NCBI GenBank assembly: GCA_963719425.1 | Contig: OY970382.1 | Span: 650,880 to 714,879 of the forward strand | Origin: an uncultured bacterium | GTDB taxonomy: Bacteria; Patescibacteriota; Minisyncoccia; UBA6257; 2-01-FULL-56-20 | Direction of reading: 5' to 3' | Length of the DNA: 64,000 nucleotides | In this document: positions 18,401 to 27,795 of the stretch, piece after piece | Position numbering within the stretch: position 1 is the first letter of the stretch | Layout: each line of letters begins with the position of its first letter | Program-made: the position numbers and the translations under genes | The notes under the pieces: generated by a model | What the model saw: the letters and a program-made list of their open reading frames with translations, nothing else | Database searches by the model: none | Told to the model about the DNA's origin: nothing

Positions 18401-19531
18401 ATGAACCCCACTCCAAAACCCGCTCCAAAACCCGTCTACTTCACCGTCGGCCCCAGCCAGCTGCATCCGAAGTTTGAAACCTTCCTCCGCGAGGCAAGCC
18501 GCGAAACGATCGGTTCCATCTCTCACCGCAGCGACCGATTTTGCAAACTCCACGCCGATCTCACGCAAAATCTGAAAAAACTTTTTGCGGTGCCGGAGGA
18601 TTACGCGGTGTTCTTCGCCACCTCGGCAACGGAGTTTATGGAGCGCACCGTACAAAATTGCGCTCAAAAGAACACGTTGCATTTCGTGAACGGAGTATTC
18701 TCAAAAAAGTTTTTTGAAATCGCGCAAGCGAACGGCAAGGCAGCGGTCGCGGTCCCACCGAAAGACGACCAATCCTTTTCCCTTGACCGCCTGCCCCAGG
18801 GCGCGGACGCACCGCCGGAATTGATCTGCCTTACACACAATGAAACAAGCAACGGCACGACGCTCCCCCGCGACTTCCAGGAATCGGTGCGGACCACATT
18901 TCCCGATGCGCTCCTTGCCCTTGATATCGTTTCCTCCGCACCGACGAGCGAAATTGACTGTGCCAAATTTGATTGCATCTTCTTTTCCATACAAAAGGGC
19001 TTCGGATTGCCTGCAGGCCTCGCCGCAATGTTTGTGAGCCCGAGGGCGCTCCGGAAGGCAGAACAGATTGAGTCGCAGCAAGCCGAACCGGGCAGCTCAC
19101 AATACACCGGCTCGTTCCATTCGTTCGCCAATCTTCAAAAACACGCGGAAAAGCATCAAACGCCCGAAACGCCCAATGTCCTCGGCATGTATCTTTTAAA
19201 CGAGGCCTGTCTTGATTTTCTCGCGCGCGGTATCGCAACGCTGCGGGCCGAAACCAAAGAAAAAGCCGCGTTAATCTATGCCGCGATTGAAAAATGTCCC
19301 GCGCTCACTCTCACCATACACAACGAAAAAATCCGCTCGCAGACGGTTGTGGTCGCCGAGGCAAAGCACGGCTCAAAAAAAATCATAGAAGCGCTCGCGC
19401 AAAAAGGATTCGTGATCGCAAGCGGCTACGGAGATAAAAAAGATTCCCAAATAAGGATCGGGAATTTCCCCAGCCACACCAAAGAGCAAGTAGCGAAGCT
19501 TTGCGAGGTGCTTCGCGATCTTCCTGTTTGA
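18401..19531 (+). CDS. serC: Phosphoserine aminotransferase (class V aminotransferase)
   Basis: 376 aa. FTVGPSQLHP N-terminal motif. SIQKGFGLPAGLA resembles the SerC PLP-lysine region GAQKNIGPAGLT. Adjacent to serA. Confidence 0.75.
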   Translation: MNPTPKPAPKPVYFTVGPSQLHPKFETFLREASRETIGSISHRSDRFCKLHADLTQNLKKLFAVPEDYAVFFATSATEFMERTVQNCAQKNTLHFVNGVFSKKFFEIAQANGKAAVAVPPKDDQSFSLDRLPQGADAPPELICLTHNETSNGTTLPRDFQESVRTTFPDALLALDIVSSAPTSEIDCAKFDCIFFSIQKGFGLPAGLAAMFVSPRALRKAEQIESQQAEPGSSQYTGSFHSFANLQKHAEKHQTPETPNVLGMYLLNEACLDFLARGIATLRAETKEKAALIYAAIEKCPALTLTIHNEKIRSQTVVVAEAKHGSKKIIEALAQKGFVIASGYGDKKDSQIRIGNFPSHTKEQVAKLCEVLRDLPV

Positions 19532-19610
19532 GTAGCAAGGAGACAACGCCCTTTTTAAAGACGCGCGTCGGCAAGCTCACCTGCCCAACAAGCTTGGCCG
19601 GAAACCGAAA

Positions 19611-20912
19611 TTGACTTATGCTGTAAACACAATGGTTGAGAAGTGGAAAACCGAATCGAACGAACAACCATCGGAGGAACTTATTCGCAAGCTCTCAAAG
19701 ACGGTCCTCCATACCTCAGAAAGAGGACGAAGATCGCTATTCCAGACGTTGACGGCCGCGAACGCCGAAAGGATCGCCGCACTCTCAGAAAAGAAACCTA
19801 TTTTTTATGAGGACAGAGATTCCTCGCCTCAACAACTTCTTCTTGACCCAGAGATAGCCAGCGCGCTTTCGGAAGAATTTTACAAGAACCCGACTCAGTG
19901 GATTGAACAACAAAGTGATATTGATCGCGGACACGCGGAGGGAAGCCTACCTACAGGAGAAACCATCAAAGAACTTTGGCGGAAACCGTACGACGTGAGC
20001 AAGGTGAAAGAATTTGAGGTTGAGCTAAAAGACAAAAAAATCATCGAGATTGTTTCCAAGCGTATAAGGCCAGACCAACTCGCAGAGGTTGCGCGAGCGC
20101 AACGAGCCCTGGAGATGGGGATTCCAACTCCGAAAATCTTTGGGGAAATATTGGATCACGGCAATGCCTATGCGTGGTTTGAACACCTGCCGGGCATCAA
20201 TCTCTTGGCTGCCGAGGAACGGCTATATGAAAAGGGCGACCTTGCCGCGAAGATAAACTCTATCGCCCTTTCAGAAACGTTCTTGCAACTTGAAGGTGCT
20301 CTCGCTAAATTGCCGGCACTTTCTCGCGAGGGACGCGACAGGATACATAGACTCTGGAGAAGGAACCGACATGTCATCGTCCAGCGAGAATCCTTCAGTC
20401 TGCTACAGTCCATTCAGGAGAAGTTTGGCGTAGCCGGCCCTGAGAGCGACGCGAAACAAAGCCTGCATGAATTCATCGATTACATAAATATATCGCACGT
20501 TTTTCGCGAAGGTGTTCAGGAAGCGCTGGCGTCAATCGGTTATGACAATTTAGAGTCGTGTGTCTATGACGTCCAAAAAGCCCAGAAAGACTGGCCACGT
20601 CTGCCTCAAAAAGAAAAAGTTGATGATAAGATGAAAAGAATAATGGAAAGTATAGCCAGGCTTGAAGAGAAATTTAGAAAGGTGATAGTTGAAGACATTT
20701 TTGGTTTTGATTACTTTGAGGAACGACGACGACTCCAAGATTTGTGCATAAAGAAGGGAGTTGAGCATAAGGACCTGAACGAAAGAAATTTGTTGGTACT
20801 GTGGGACTTCAAGAAGAACAGGCCTCTTCCAAGGTCACAAAACGACCCGAAACTTTATATTCTAGATTGGGAGTCGCCATCATCTAATCAGTCGCGTCCC
20901 AAGCCGGCGTAA
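19611..20912 (+). CDS. Hypothetical protein kinase-like fold protein
   Basis: 433 aa. VEHKDLNERNLLV resembles the protein-kinase catalytic loop HxDLxxxN, followed by ILDWE (DFG-like). Confidence 0.45.
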   Translation: MTYAVNTMVEKWKTESNEQPSEELIRKLSKTVLHTSERGRRSLFQTLTAANAERIAALSEKKPIFYEDRDSSPQQLLLDPEIASALSEEFYKNPTQWIEQQSDIDRGHAEGSLPTGETIKELWRKPYDVSKVKEFEVELKDKKIIEIVSKRIRPDQLAEVARAQRALEMGIPTPKIFGEILDHGNAYAWFEHLPGINLLAAEERLYEKGDLAAKINSIALSETFLQLEGALAKLPALSREGRDRIHRLWRRNRHVIVQRESFSLLQSIQEKFGVAGPESDAKQSLHEFIDYINISHVFREGVQEALASIGYDNLESCVYDVQKAQKDWPRLPQKEKVDDKMKRIMESIARLEEKFRKVIVEDIFGFDYFEERRRLQDLCIKKGVEHKDLNERNLLVLWDFKKNRPLPRSQNDPKLYILDWESPSSNQSRPKPA

Positions 20913-20937
20913 GTGCGAGCATGGTATAATTCACAAA

Positions 20938-21891
20938 TTGCGCATCACTAAAAAAACCGGACCCTATCTTGTGTTCTTCGCCGCAATGCTCTGGGCGACG
21001 GACGCGCCGTTCCGCCTTTACCTCACCAAGGGGTTAAGCAGCAACTTTATTGTCCTTGCGGAACACACGGTGGACATACTCGTTCTCCTGCCGATCCTCA
21101 TCGCGGGCTTCGCGGGCATCAAAAAACTTTCGTGGAAGGGGTGGCTCGCGGCGCTTGCGATCGGCATAGGCGGGAGTGCACTCGCCTCGGTCGCCTACAC
21201 GCAGGCCTTCCATTATCTCAATCCATCGGTCGCGATCCTGCTCCAAAAATTGCAGCCCCTGATCGCGATCGGACTCGCAGCCGCACTCCTCAAAGAACAG
21301 CTCGGCAAAAAGTTCTGGCTCTGGGCAGCGGTCGCGATCGCGGGCGCCTATCTCATTTCATTCCCCAATCTGAATCCGCAAGTTTCTTTCGGCGGCGGAT
21401 TGAATCCCAATCTCTTGGGCGTGGGGCTCGCGCTTTTCGCCGCGCTTCTCTGGGGCGCCTCAACCGTGCTTGGAAAATACGTCCTCCGCGAAATTGACTT
21501 TCGGCTCATGACCGGCCTGCGTTTCGCGTTCGGGTTCCTGTTTCTTCTGTTTTTGAATTTCTGGCAGCAGTCATTTCCCGCGCCCGGCCAATTTACTCCA
21601 CGCGACGCGCTCTATATTCTCATCATAGCCGTTGCCTCCGGCGTCGTTTCGCTTTTGATCTATTACAAGGGGCTTGAGTACACGAAAGCGTCCGTGGCAA
21701 CGATTGCCGAGCTCGGATTCCCTATGGCAGCCGTGGTCGTGAACTGGATCTTCTTAAGCGCCGCGCTCGCGCCGATGCAGATCGCGGGTATCGCGGTGCT
21801 GCTCTTCGCCGTCTTCAAGCTCACGGGCAGCAACGAGAAAACTGCCGCTGGCGACGCCGAGGCCGCGGGCGGCGCGGAGGTCGCGGGATAA
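20938..21891 (+). CDS. EamA/DMT-family transporter
   Basis: 317 aa, about 10 TM helices, duplicated EamA-like halves. Confidence 0.8.
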   Translation: MRITKKTGPYLVFFAAMLWATDAPFRLYLTKGLSSNFIVLAEHTVDILVLLPILIAGFAGIKKLSWKGWLAALAIGIGGSALASVAYTQAFHYLNPSVAILLQKLQPLIAIGLAAALLKEQLGKKFWLWAAVAIAGAYLISFPNLNPQVSFGGGLNPNLLGVGLALFAALLWGASTVLGKYVLREIDFRLMTGLRFAFGFLFLLFLNFWQQSFPAPGQFTPRDALYILIIAVASGVVSLLIYYKGLEYTKASVATIAELGFPMAAVVVNWIFLSAALAPMQIAGIAVLLFAVFKLTGSNEKTAAGDAEAAGGAEVAG

Positions 21892-21911
21892 CTACGTGCT
21901 ATTATCTCATT

Positions 21912-22580
21912 ATGAGCGGGCTGCATAAGAACAAGGAATATTTCGCGAGTGTTGACCGGACGGCGGAAAAGGTACGAGAGGAAATCAATAACGGATTGAC
22001 GTTGCTTAACAAAATTGACAAGCCCATTGTCACGTTTTTCGGTTCCCACAGGGTTTCGCCCAAGAGCGAATACTATCAGCATGCAAAACGGGTTGCGTTT
22101 GAACTTGGGGAAAAGGGTTACGCAATATTAAGCGGGGGTGGGCCAGGCATTATGCATGCGGCGAACTCCGGGGCAACTGAAGCAAAAGCGCCCTCCATCG
22201 GCCTGAGAGCGGAACTTCTCAAGGGAGAGAAGGTTCGTGATCCTATTTTCACTCATGAGCTATCTTTCCATTTTCTTTTTGCCCGGCGATTTATCATGGC
22301 AATAAAAAGCGCAGCTCTTATTTTCTATCCCGGCGGCTACGGAACCCTCAACGAACTTTTTGAATATACCGTTCTCATGCAAACGGAAATTGTTGATACA
22401 GTACCAATTATTTGCACAAACAGGAAATACTGGAATGGTCTATTGGACTGGCTAAAAGACAACCCTTTAAAACAAGATTTTCTTGTCCACGACCTCCAAG
22501 ACTTGAATTTGCTTCATCTTGTTGATGACGTTGAAGAGGTGACGCGGCTGATTGAACTCAGTCGGAACATAACTTCCTGA
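21912..22580 (+). CDS. LOG-family (TIGR00730) nucleotide-binding protein / cytokinin riboside 5'-monophosphate phosphoribohydrolase-like
   Basis: FFGSHR…ILSGGGPGIMHAANSGA…PGGYGTLNELFE motifs typical of the LOG/YgdH family. Confidence 0.85.
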   Translation: MSGLHKNKEYFASVDRTAEKVREEINNGLTLLNKIDKPIVTFFGSHRVSPKSEYYQHAKRVAFELGEKGYAILSGGGPGIMHAANSGATEAKAPSIGLRAELLKGEKVRDPIFTHELSFHFLFARRFIMAIKSAALIFYPGGYGTLNELFEYTVLMQTEIVDTVPIICTNRKYWNGLLDWLKDNPLKQDFLVHDLQDLNLLHLVDDVEEVTRLIELSRNITS

Positions 22581-22962
22581 TAGCTTCAATATCCTTTGTG
22601 ATTGCCGCGACGAGGTCTTCTTGTTTCGCAAATTTTTCGCCGTCGCGAATTTTCTTGTACGCGACAACAATGAGCCGCTCGCCGTACAGCTCTCCGGAAA
22701 AATCAATGAGGTGCGCCTCCACGACGTTTTTCCCATTCTCTTTGTAGATCGCCGCGGGATATACGGTCCCCTTCCACATTACCTCTCCCGCGTAAATGCC
22801 GCTCGGCACGGACTGCGCCGTACGAATGTTCGCCGTTGGGAACCCAAGCTTGCTCCCTTCCCTGTCTCCTTGCTGCACGACGCCCTCCACCCTGAAAAGA
22901 AAGTCGCGGTTTGAGCGCATATCTTTCAATTTTACCACAGCACCGCTGCGCGTCTCCGTCAC
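22558..22962 (-). CDS. Riboflavin kinase (monofunctional RibF C-terminal-type domain)
   Basis: 134 aa with GFPTANI…, VEAHLIDFSGELYGERL and ITKDIE motifs of the flavokinase domain. Confidence 0.75.
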   Translation of the reverse strand: MTETRSGAVVKLKDMRSNRDFLFRVEGVVQQGDREGSKLGFPTANIRTAQSVPSGIYAGEVMWKGTVYPAAIYKENGKNVVEAHLIDFSGELYGERLIVVAYKKIRDGEKFAKQEDLVAAITKDIEAIRKLCSD

Positions 22963-23009
22963 ATCGTCGAACCAGATGCACCAAGAAAAACACGTGATAT
23001 ACTGAAAGC

Positions 23010-23327
23010 ATGAAGAGGAACGAATGTTGCCGTGTTATTATAAGCGCTCCTTTTAAGAAAGAGGCCTACGTCATTTCAAAGAGCCTTGTCCAGAAGAAAT
23101 TGGTTGCCGGGACTATAATCAACAAGGGAGATTGCCACTACTGGTGGAGTGGCAAAGTTGTGGCAAAAGAATATTACAATGTTGAGACGTTTTCCCTTCT
23201 GCGGCACAAGGAGAGGATTATTAGCGATGTCAAAAGACTCCATAGCGATAGGTGTCCTATCATTGCCTTCCACGAAATTGATGGCAATAAAGAATTTCTG
23301 AATTGGATTCGGGAATCTGTCTTATGA
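23010..23327 (+). CDS. cutA: Divalent-cation tolerance protein CutA
   Basis: 105 aa with typical CutA1 length and ferredoxin-like pattern (…CHYWWSGKV…). Confidence 0.75.
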   Translation: MKRNECCRVIISAPFKKEAYVISKSLVQKKLVAGTIINKGDCHYWWSGKVVAKEYYNVETFSLLRHKERIISDVKRLHSDRCPIIAFHEIDGNKEFLNWIRESVL

Positions 23328-23977
23328 AAATCACCCGTCGCGATACAAAAGAAAAAATTTTTTTTCCTCCACCGCTTTACGTATCGGCCATCGTGGCCAC
23401 GGCAGAGAGCGATGGCGGGGACGTGTTTGATATAGCCCTCGGCCTTACGCAAAGCATGACCGCTAAGCTTAAGGAGCGATCCATTGACCCGACGGACGAT
23501 GCAATCCAAAAAAATACCGGCGATCGAAAACGTTTCGGCGAAGGGTCATATGAAGCATGGTATACGAAACAGCGTGTTCCCTTCGCACTTATCCATAGAT
23601 CAACCAACGCGCTCGCCGCGCTCATTTGGCTCGGCCCTAAACCACTCGGGAAAAAATCGGCACGGTTCTCAACTTCAGCGAAGGCGGCCGCCACGCCTCC
23701 CTCAACTCTCGATAAAATAGCCAACGCGCGCGGCGAGTGGCATACCGTCACGCTGCGCTCTTATCCTCCGTTTCGAGGCAAAGGCTTAATGAAAGATTTT
23801 GCACGATTCGCGATTGCGATTTATCGAGAACGTTTTCCCGGTGCGCGGTTTTGGATCGGAACCGACCCAGAAAACAGTGCGATGATCGCGCTTGCCAAGA
23901 AACTCGAATTTATCACGCGAGAGGAACTTTCCGACCGCTCTACACACTGGCTTGTGATGACGCAGGACTGGAAGTAA
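23324..23977 (+). CDS. GNAT-family N-acetyltransferase
   Basis: C-terminal RSYPPFRGKGLMKDFARFAIAIY acetyl-CoA-binding-like motif. Start placed at ATG 23324, overlapping the cutA stop by 4 nt. Confidence 0.65.
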   Translation: MKITRRDTKEKIFFPPPLYVSAIVATAESDGGDVFDIALGLTQSMTAKLKERSIDPTDDAIQKNTGDRKRFGEGSYEAWYTKQRVPFALIHRSTNALAALIWLGPKPLGKKSARFSTSAKAAATPPSTLDKIANARGEWHTVTLRSYPPFRGKGLMKDFARFAIAIYRERFPGARFWIGTDPENSAMIALAKKLEFITREELSDRSTHWLVMTQDWK

Positions 23978-24002
23978 GCCGCGAAGGGAGTATAATGGAA
24001 CC

Positions 24003-24449
24003 ATGAAAATCACGGTTATCCTCTTCGTCTTTGTCTCGGCAGGACTGCTTTTTTCCGGTTACTTGAGCGCCGTGAAACTTTTCTCCGGTACCTGCGCATT
24101 CAACGAATCGTGCCCGTACTTTTTGGGCTATCCCGCCTGTTGGTACGGATTTTCCATGTACCTTTTTATGTTCATCGCGACGGGCATAGGACTCACACGG
24201 AAGCTACCCCTCTCCGCCCTGTGTAAAGCAGACGCGACGGTATCGCTCCTCGGCATCATATTCGCAGGCAGTTTCGTTATCCAAGAAATCGCGGCGGCGC
24301 AGGTTACGGGAACGCTTGGACTCTCCACCTGCGTGTATGGCCTCATTTTTTACATCGCCATTTTTGCGACCGCCCTTGTCGGCCTCGGAAAATCCCGTGC
24401 CGCCACGTCCCCCGCCACAGAACGCCCCGCCACAGAACACCATGTATGA
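24003..24449 (+). CDS. Hypothetical membrane protein (4 TM)
   Basis: 148 aa, hydrophobic, several Cys but no CxxC motif. Confidence 0.5.
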   Translation: MKITVILFVFVSAGLLFSGYLSAVKLFSGTCAFNESCPYFLGYPACWYGFSMYLFMFIATGIGLTRKLPLSALCKADATVSLLGIIFAGSFVIQEIAAAQVTGTLGLSTCVYGLIFYIAIFATALVGLGKSRAATSPATERPATEHHV

Positions 24450-25536
24450 GCACGTCTTGAGACCGATCCTTTTCCGTTTTGATCCGGAAGGGGTGCATGA
24501 TTTTTTTGTAGCGCTCGGCGAAGCGCTCGGAAAATTTTCTCTCACGCGCCGCATCACGGGCACTTTTTGCGAATACGACCACCCCGCCCTCCGCACGCGG
24601 GTGCTCGGCATTGACTTCAAAAATCCCGTCGGGCTTGCAGCGGGATTTGACAAAGATATGCGCCTCACGGGGATTATGCCGTCAGTCGGATTCGGCTTCA
24701 TGGAGGTTGGCGCGGTGACGCACTATCCCTACGAAGGGAACAAGGGCCTCCGGCTCGCCCGCCTCCCGGCCGACCAGTCGCTCATCGTCTATTACGGCCT
24801 CAAGAACGTCGGGGCGGAAGCCATTCAGAAAAAACTGCAGCGCCTGCATTTCGCGATACCCGCGGGCGTAAACATCGCAAAAACAAATCGCGCGGATATC
24901 AAAGGAGAAAAATCGATTGAAGATTATGCTGCGACTTACCGGATGCTCGGGAAATATTTTTCGTACGTAACACTCAATGTTTCCTGTCCCAACGCGCAGG
25001 ACGGTTGCATGTTCCAGGATCCAAAACTGCTGGGCGGCCTTTTGAAAACGATCGCAAAAGAAAAAAAGCCCTGCCCGGTGCTTCTCAAAATTTCCAATCA
25101 TCTCACCGAAAAGGAGGCGGATGAAATCCTTGCGGTCGTAAAAAAATATCCGTTCGTGGACGGATTCGTCGTCGGCAACCTTTCCAAACGGCGTGACATC
25201 CTCGCGCTCAAGTCACCGAAGGAGCGGCTCAATCTCATCCCCGCGGGCGGCATTTCGGGAAAGCCCATCCGCGACCTTTCCACAAATCTTATCCGACACA
25301 TTTACCGCACAACGAAAGGGAAATACATCATTGTCGGACTTGGCGGAATCTTCACCGCGGAAGATGCGTACGAGAAAATCAAGGCCGGCGCCTCGCTCGT
25401 GCAGATCATCACTGGACTCATCTACGGCGGACCGACGGCAGTGAAAAAGATCAACCGCGGTCTCGTGCAATTCCTCGCGCGCGACGGCTATTCGCACATA
25501 AGCGATGCAATTGGGAAAGAAACCGGGCGGTCTTAA
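24442..25536 (+). CDS. pyrD: Dihydroorotate dehydrogenase (quinone), class 2
   Basis: MYEHVLRPILFRFDPEGVHDF… aligns with the PyrD N-terminus. NPVGLAAGFDKD and GASLVQIITGLIYGGP motifs. Start moved from 24316 to ATG 24442, same frame. Confidence 0.85.
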   Translation: MYEHVLRPILFRFDPEGVHDFFVALGEALGKFSLTRRITGTFCEYDHPALRTRVLGIDFKNPVGLAAGFDKDMRLTGIMPSVGFGFMEVGAVTHYPYEGNKGLRLARLPADQSLIVYYGLKNVGAEAIQKKLQRLHFAIPAGVNIAKTNRADIKGEKSIEDYAATYRMLGKYFSYVTLNVSCPNAQDGCMFQDPKLLGGLLKTIAKEKKPCPVLLKISNHLTEKEADEILAVVKKYPFVDGFVVGNLSKRRDILALKSPKERLNLIPAGGISGKPIRDLSTNLIRHIYRTTKGKYIIVGLGGIFTAEDAYEKIKAGASLVQIITGLIYGGPTAVKKINRGLVQFLARDGYSHISDAIGKETGRS

Positions 25537-26090
25537 GTAATAGTCGTGGGCTCGCGCTGCTCATACAGCGCTTTCCTGCTTTTCCTAAGCAGCCAGTGCA
25601 CGAACCACGCCGAGGCAAGGCCGACGAGCGCACCCCCCAGAATATCAAACGGCCAGTGGACGCCGACGTAGATGCGCGCGATGCCCATAAGCGCGGAAAG
25701 CCCGAAGAACCACCATCCCCATTTCCGATTCGCGTACCACGCGACGAGCGCGAGTGCGAAAAACCATGCCATGTGTCCCGAGGGAAAAGACCAACCGGAT
25801 TCCGCGATGAGCGGCGCGAAATTATAAAACGAGAATGGACGCTCGTGATGGTAAAAAAGTCGGATGATTTCGGTGAGCAATCCGCGCGCGAGCATGACGG
25901 CAATCGCGCCCTCGGCAAACAGGTAGAGCTTTTTCCGTGAGCCGCTTTCGTACCACACAAGCAACAAAAAAGCCGCGACCAGGAGGTACGGCAGATACTC
26001 CGCAAGAAAGATGCCGAGATCGTCAAGAAAAAAATTCCGGCCGGCGAACTGATGGACAAGTTGAAAAAGCGCTTGGTTGAATGCGGCCAT
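25533..26090 (-). CDS. PAP2-family phosphatase (undecaprenyl-diphosphatase/PgpB-like)
   Basis: PSGHMAWFFALAL and RIYVGVHWPFDILGGALVG are PAP2 motifs 2 and 3. Confidence 0.8.
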   Translation of the reverse strand: MAAFNQALFQLVHQFAGRNFFLDDLGIFLAEYLPYLLVAAFLLLVWYESGSRKKLYLFAEGAIAVMLARGLLTEIIRLFYHHERPFSFYNFAPLIAESGWSFPSGHMAWFFALALVAWYANRKWGWWFFGLSALMGIARIYVGVHWPFDILGGALVGLASAWFVHWLLRKSRKALYEQREPTTIT

Positions 26091-26122
26091 ATCACTTAAT
26101 TAAACCACATCCGCTGAGCGAA

Positions 26123-26326
26123 CTACTTAGCAATGTAGGCCAAAAGGCCCATATACCGCGCGCGCTTGATCGCCTGCGCAAGCTTCCGCTGGTGCTTTGC
26201 GCAAACGCCCGTGTGGCGCGGATCAATGATTTTCGCCTGGCTGGAAACAAAACGCCGCAGGAGATCCACCTCCTTATAGTCAACGTTCTTCAAATTCTGC
26301 GAGCAGAAAAAACACTGTTGGGGCAT
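26123..26326 (-). CDS. rpsR: 30S ribosomal protein S18
   Basis: 67 aa. CFFC…VDYKEVDLLRRFVSSQAKIIDPRHTGVCAKHQRKLAQAIKRARYMGLL. Confidence 0.9.
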   Translation of the reverse strand: MPQQCFFCSQNLKNVDYKEVDLLRRFVSSQAKIIDPRHTGVCAKHQRKLAQAIKRARYMGLLAYIAK

Positions 26327-26362
26327 TGTGCTAGTAACGAGTTACCGGTAACCAGTTTCTGG

Positions 26363-26935
26363 TCATATTTTTTTTACTTGCAATGAGTCTAACTCCACTG
26401 CCGTGTCCCTACCGAATATGGGGACTAATACCTTCACGCTTCCCTTTTCTTCGTTCACTTCCGCAATCTTGCCGTCGTAGTCCTTGAACGGCCCGTCGGT
26501 TATTTTTACCAAATCGCCCACCTTGAGGTCAAGAACCATCTTGCTTTCGGCAGCGCCCGTGCGCGCGAGTAACTGGTCCACCTCTTCCTTAGAAAGCGGC
26601 GTTGGCGTCGTGTTGTCAGGACCGACAAACCCCGTCACGCGCGGCGTATTCCGCACCACGTACCACGAATCCTCGGAGAGGATCATTTCCACGAGCACAT
26701 AGCCCGGGTAGATCTTCTCCTCAATGGTCTGACGCTTGCCGCCTTTCACTTTGACCATTTTTTCCTTCGGAACCAAAATGTTGAATATCTTGTCGCCCAT
26801 CGTGAGCGACTCCACGCGTTGCTTCAAATAACGCGCAACGGCTTCCTCATAACCGGAATACGTCTGCACCGCGTACCATTGTCGCGATTTCGTCTTCTCG
26901 CTGTGCATGCCGGGACGCGAAGGATATAATGCCAT
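26363..26935 (-). CDS. nusG: Transcription termination/antitermination factor NusG
   Basis: 190 aa. WYAVQTYSGYEEAV NGN domain. C-terminal KOW GDLVKITDGPFKDYDGKIAEV. Confidence 0.9.
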   Translation of the reverse strand: MALYPSRPGMHSEKTKSRQWYAVQTYSGYEEAVARYLKQRVESLTMGDKIFNILVPKEKMVKVKGGKRQTIEEKIYPGYVLVEMILSEDSWYVVRNTPRVTGFVGPDNTTPTPLSKEEVDQLLARTGAAESKMVLDLKVGDLVKITDGPFKDYDGKIAEVNEEKGSVKVLVPIFGRDTAVELDSLQVKKI

Positions 26936-26936
26936 G

Positions 26937-27134
26937 TTAGCGGGTAATCAATACTTTAATGACGTTGGTAAAAAGATAATCCCACAAACCGAGGAACGCA
27001 GCGATGCCGAGAGAAATGCCGATCACGATCATCGTGAGCCGCACGGCCTCCTCGCGCGTCGGCCAGTTCACATGCCGCAGCTCCTGCCGCGACTCCGCAA
27101 AAAAATGTTTGATGCGCGCGAACATAGTAATCAC
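26937..27134 (-). CDS. secE: Preprotein translocase subunit SecE
   Basis: 65 aa, single C-terminal TM with RHVNWPTREEAVRLTMIVIGISL. Start is GTG at 27134 or ATG at 27125. Confidence 0.8.
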   Translation of the reverse strand: MITMFARIKHFFAESRQELRHVNWPTREEAVRLTMIVIGISLGIAAFLGLWDYLFTNVIKVLITR

Positions 27135-27190
27135 TATACCTCCCTAAATAAAATACCGCTATATCTGCGGCATTCGGAGGCATTGTGGGA

Positions 27191-27219
27191 AGTATAGCGC
27201 CGCGAGAGACGCCCGTCAA
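27191..27219 (-). promoter_or_regulatory. Putative sigma70 promoter for secE–nusG
   Basis: Minus strand reads TTGACG (27214-27219 rc), 17-nt spacer, TATACT (27191-27196 rc), then a GGGAGG RBS upstream of the secE start. Confidence 0.5.
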
Positions 27220-27339
27220 GCTTTTTCAATATGCTTTCATCGTAATGATAAAAAGAACAATTGCAAGCTTTCTTTAATAATTTTTTAATGCTCCCTCCAC
27301 ATAATTTTACCATGCCCAGACCTGGGTATTTTAGAAAAC

Positions 27340-27600
27340 GTCGGGAGCGGCTCCTGCGGGAAGACCCGCACTGTTATTGGTGCCGAAGAGAATTAAAACT
27401 ATGCCCCGACTACGGAAAGAACGGCTTTAAGGCGACGCCCCCGAAGATTATGCCACGATTGACCACCTTACCTCGGCGTTTATGGGGCCAAGAAAAGATG
27501 CCCAGATGAGGATGCGGACGCTCGTGCTTGCCTGCCCACCATGCAACAACGCGAGAAACGCAAAAGAAATGAAACGGCACCCGTGGCTCGTCCGATGGAA
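27340..27600 (+). pseudogene. Possible frameshifted HNH-endonuclease remnant
   Basis: Frame 1 encodes HCYWCRREL…C, an HNH-like first Cys pair. A +2 frame encodes …IDHLTSAFMGP…LVLACPPCNNARNAKE, a DH…/CxxCN HNH-like C-terminal half. No single intact ORF. Confidence 0.3.
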
Positions 27601-27795
27601 ATCCGGTTCATTCCCGTCCCCCCTGCGATGGCTCGGAAAATTATTGAAACAACACCGGTCGCGTAAACTTGAGGATTAAGCCGTGCACCGGCCTGGACGA
27701 TTTTCGAACGATTTTGTCCAAGTCTAAGGTTGTAAGAAGTTTATAAGCTTAGATCTGGAGGGGCGACCGAGGCCGCCCCCCGGGTTAAATAAAGG

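Noticed and set aside
24316-24441. N-terminal 42-aa extension of the pyrD ORF (MDSPPACMASFF…PPQNT)
   Set aside because: Pro-rich and non-homologous. It overlaps the upstream membrane-protein gene, and the canonical PyrD N-terminus begins at ATG 24442.
24003-24449. Vitamin K epoxide reductase (VKOR) call for the 148-aa membrane protein
   Set aside because: It has Cys residues but no CxxC active-site motif and no VKOR loop pattern.
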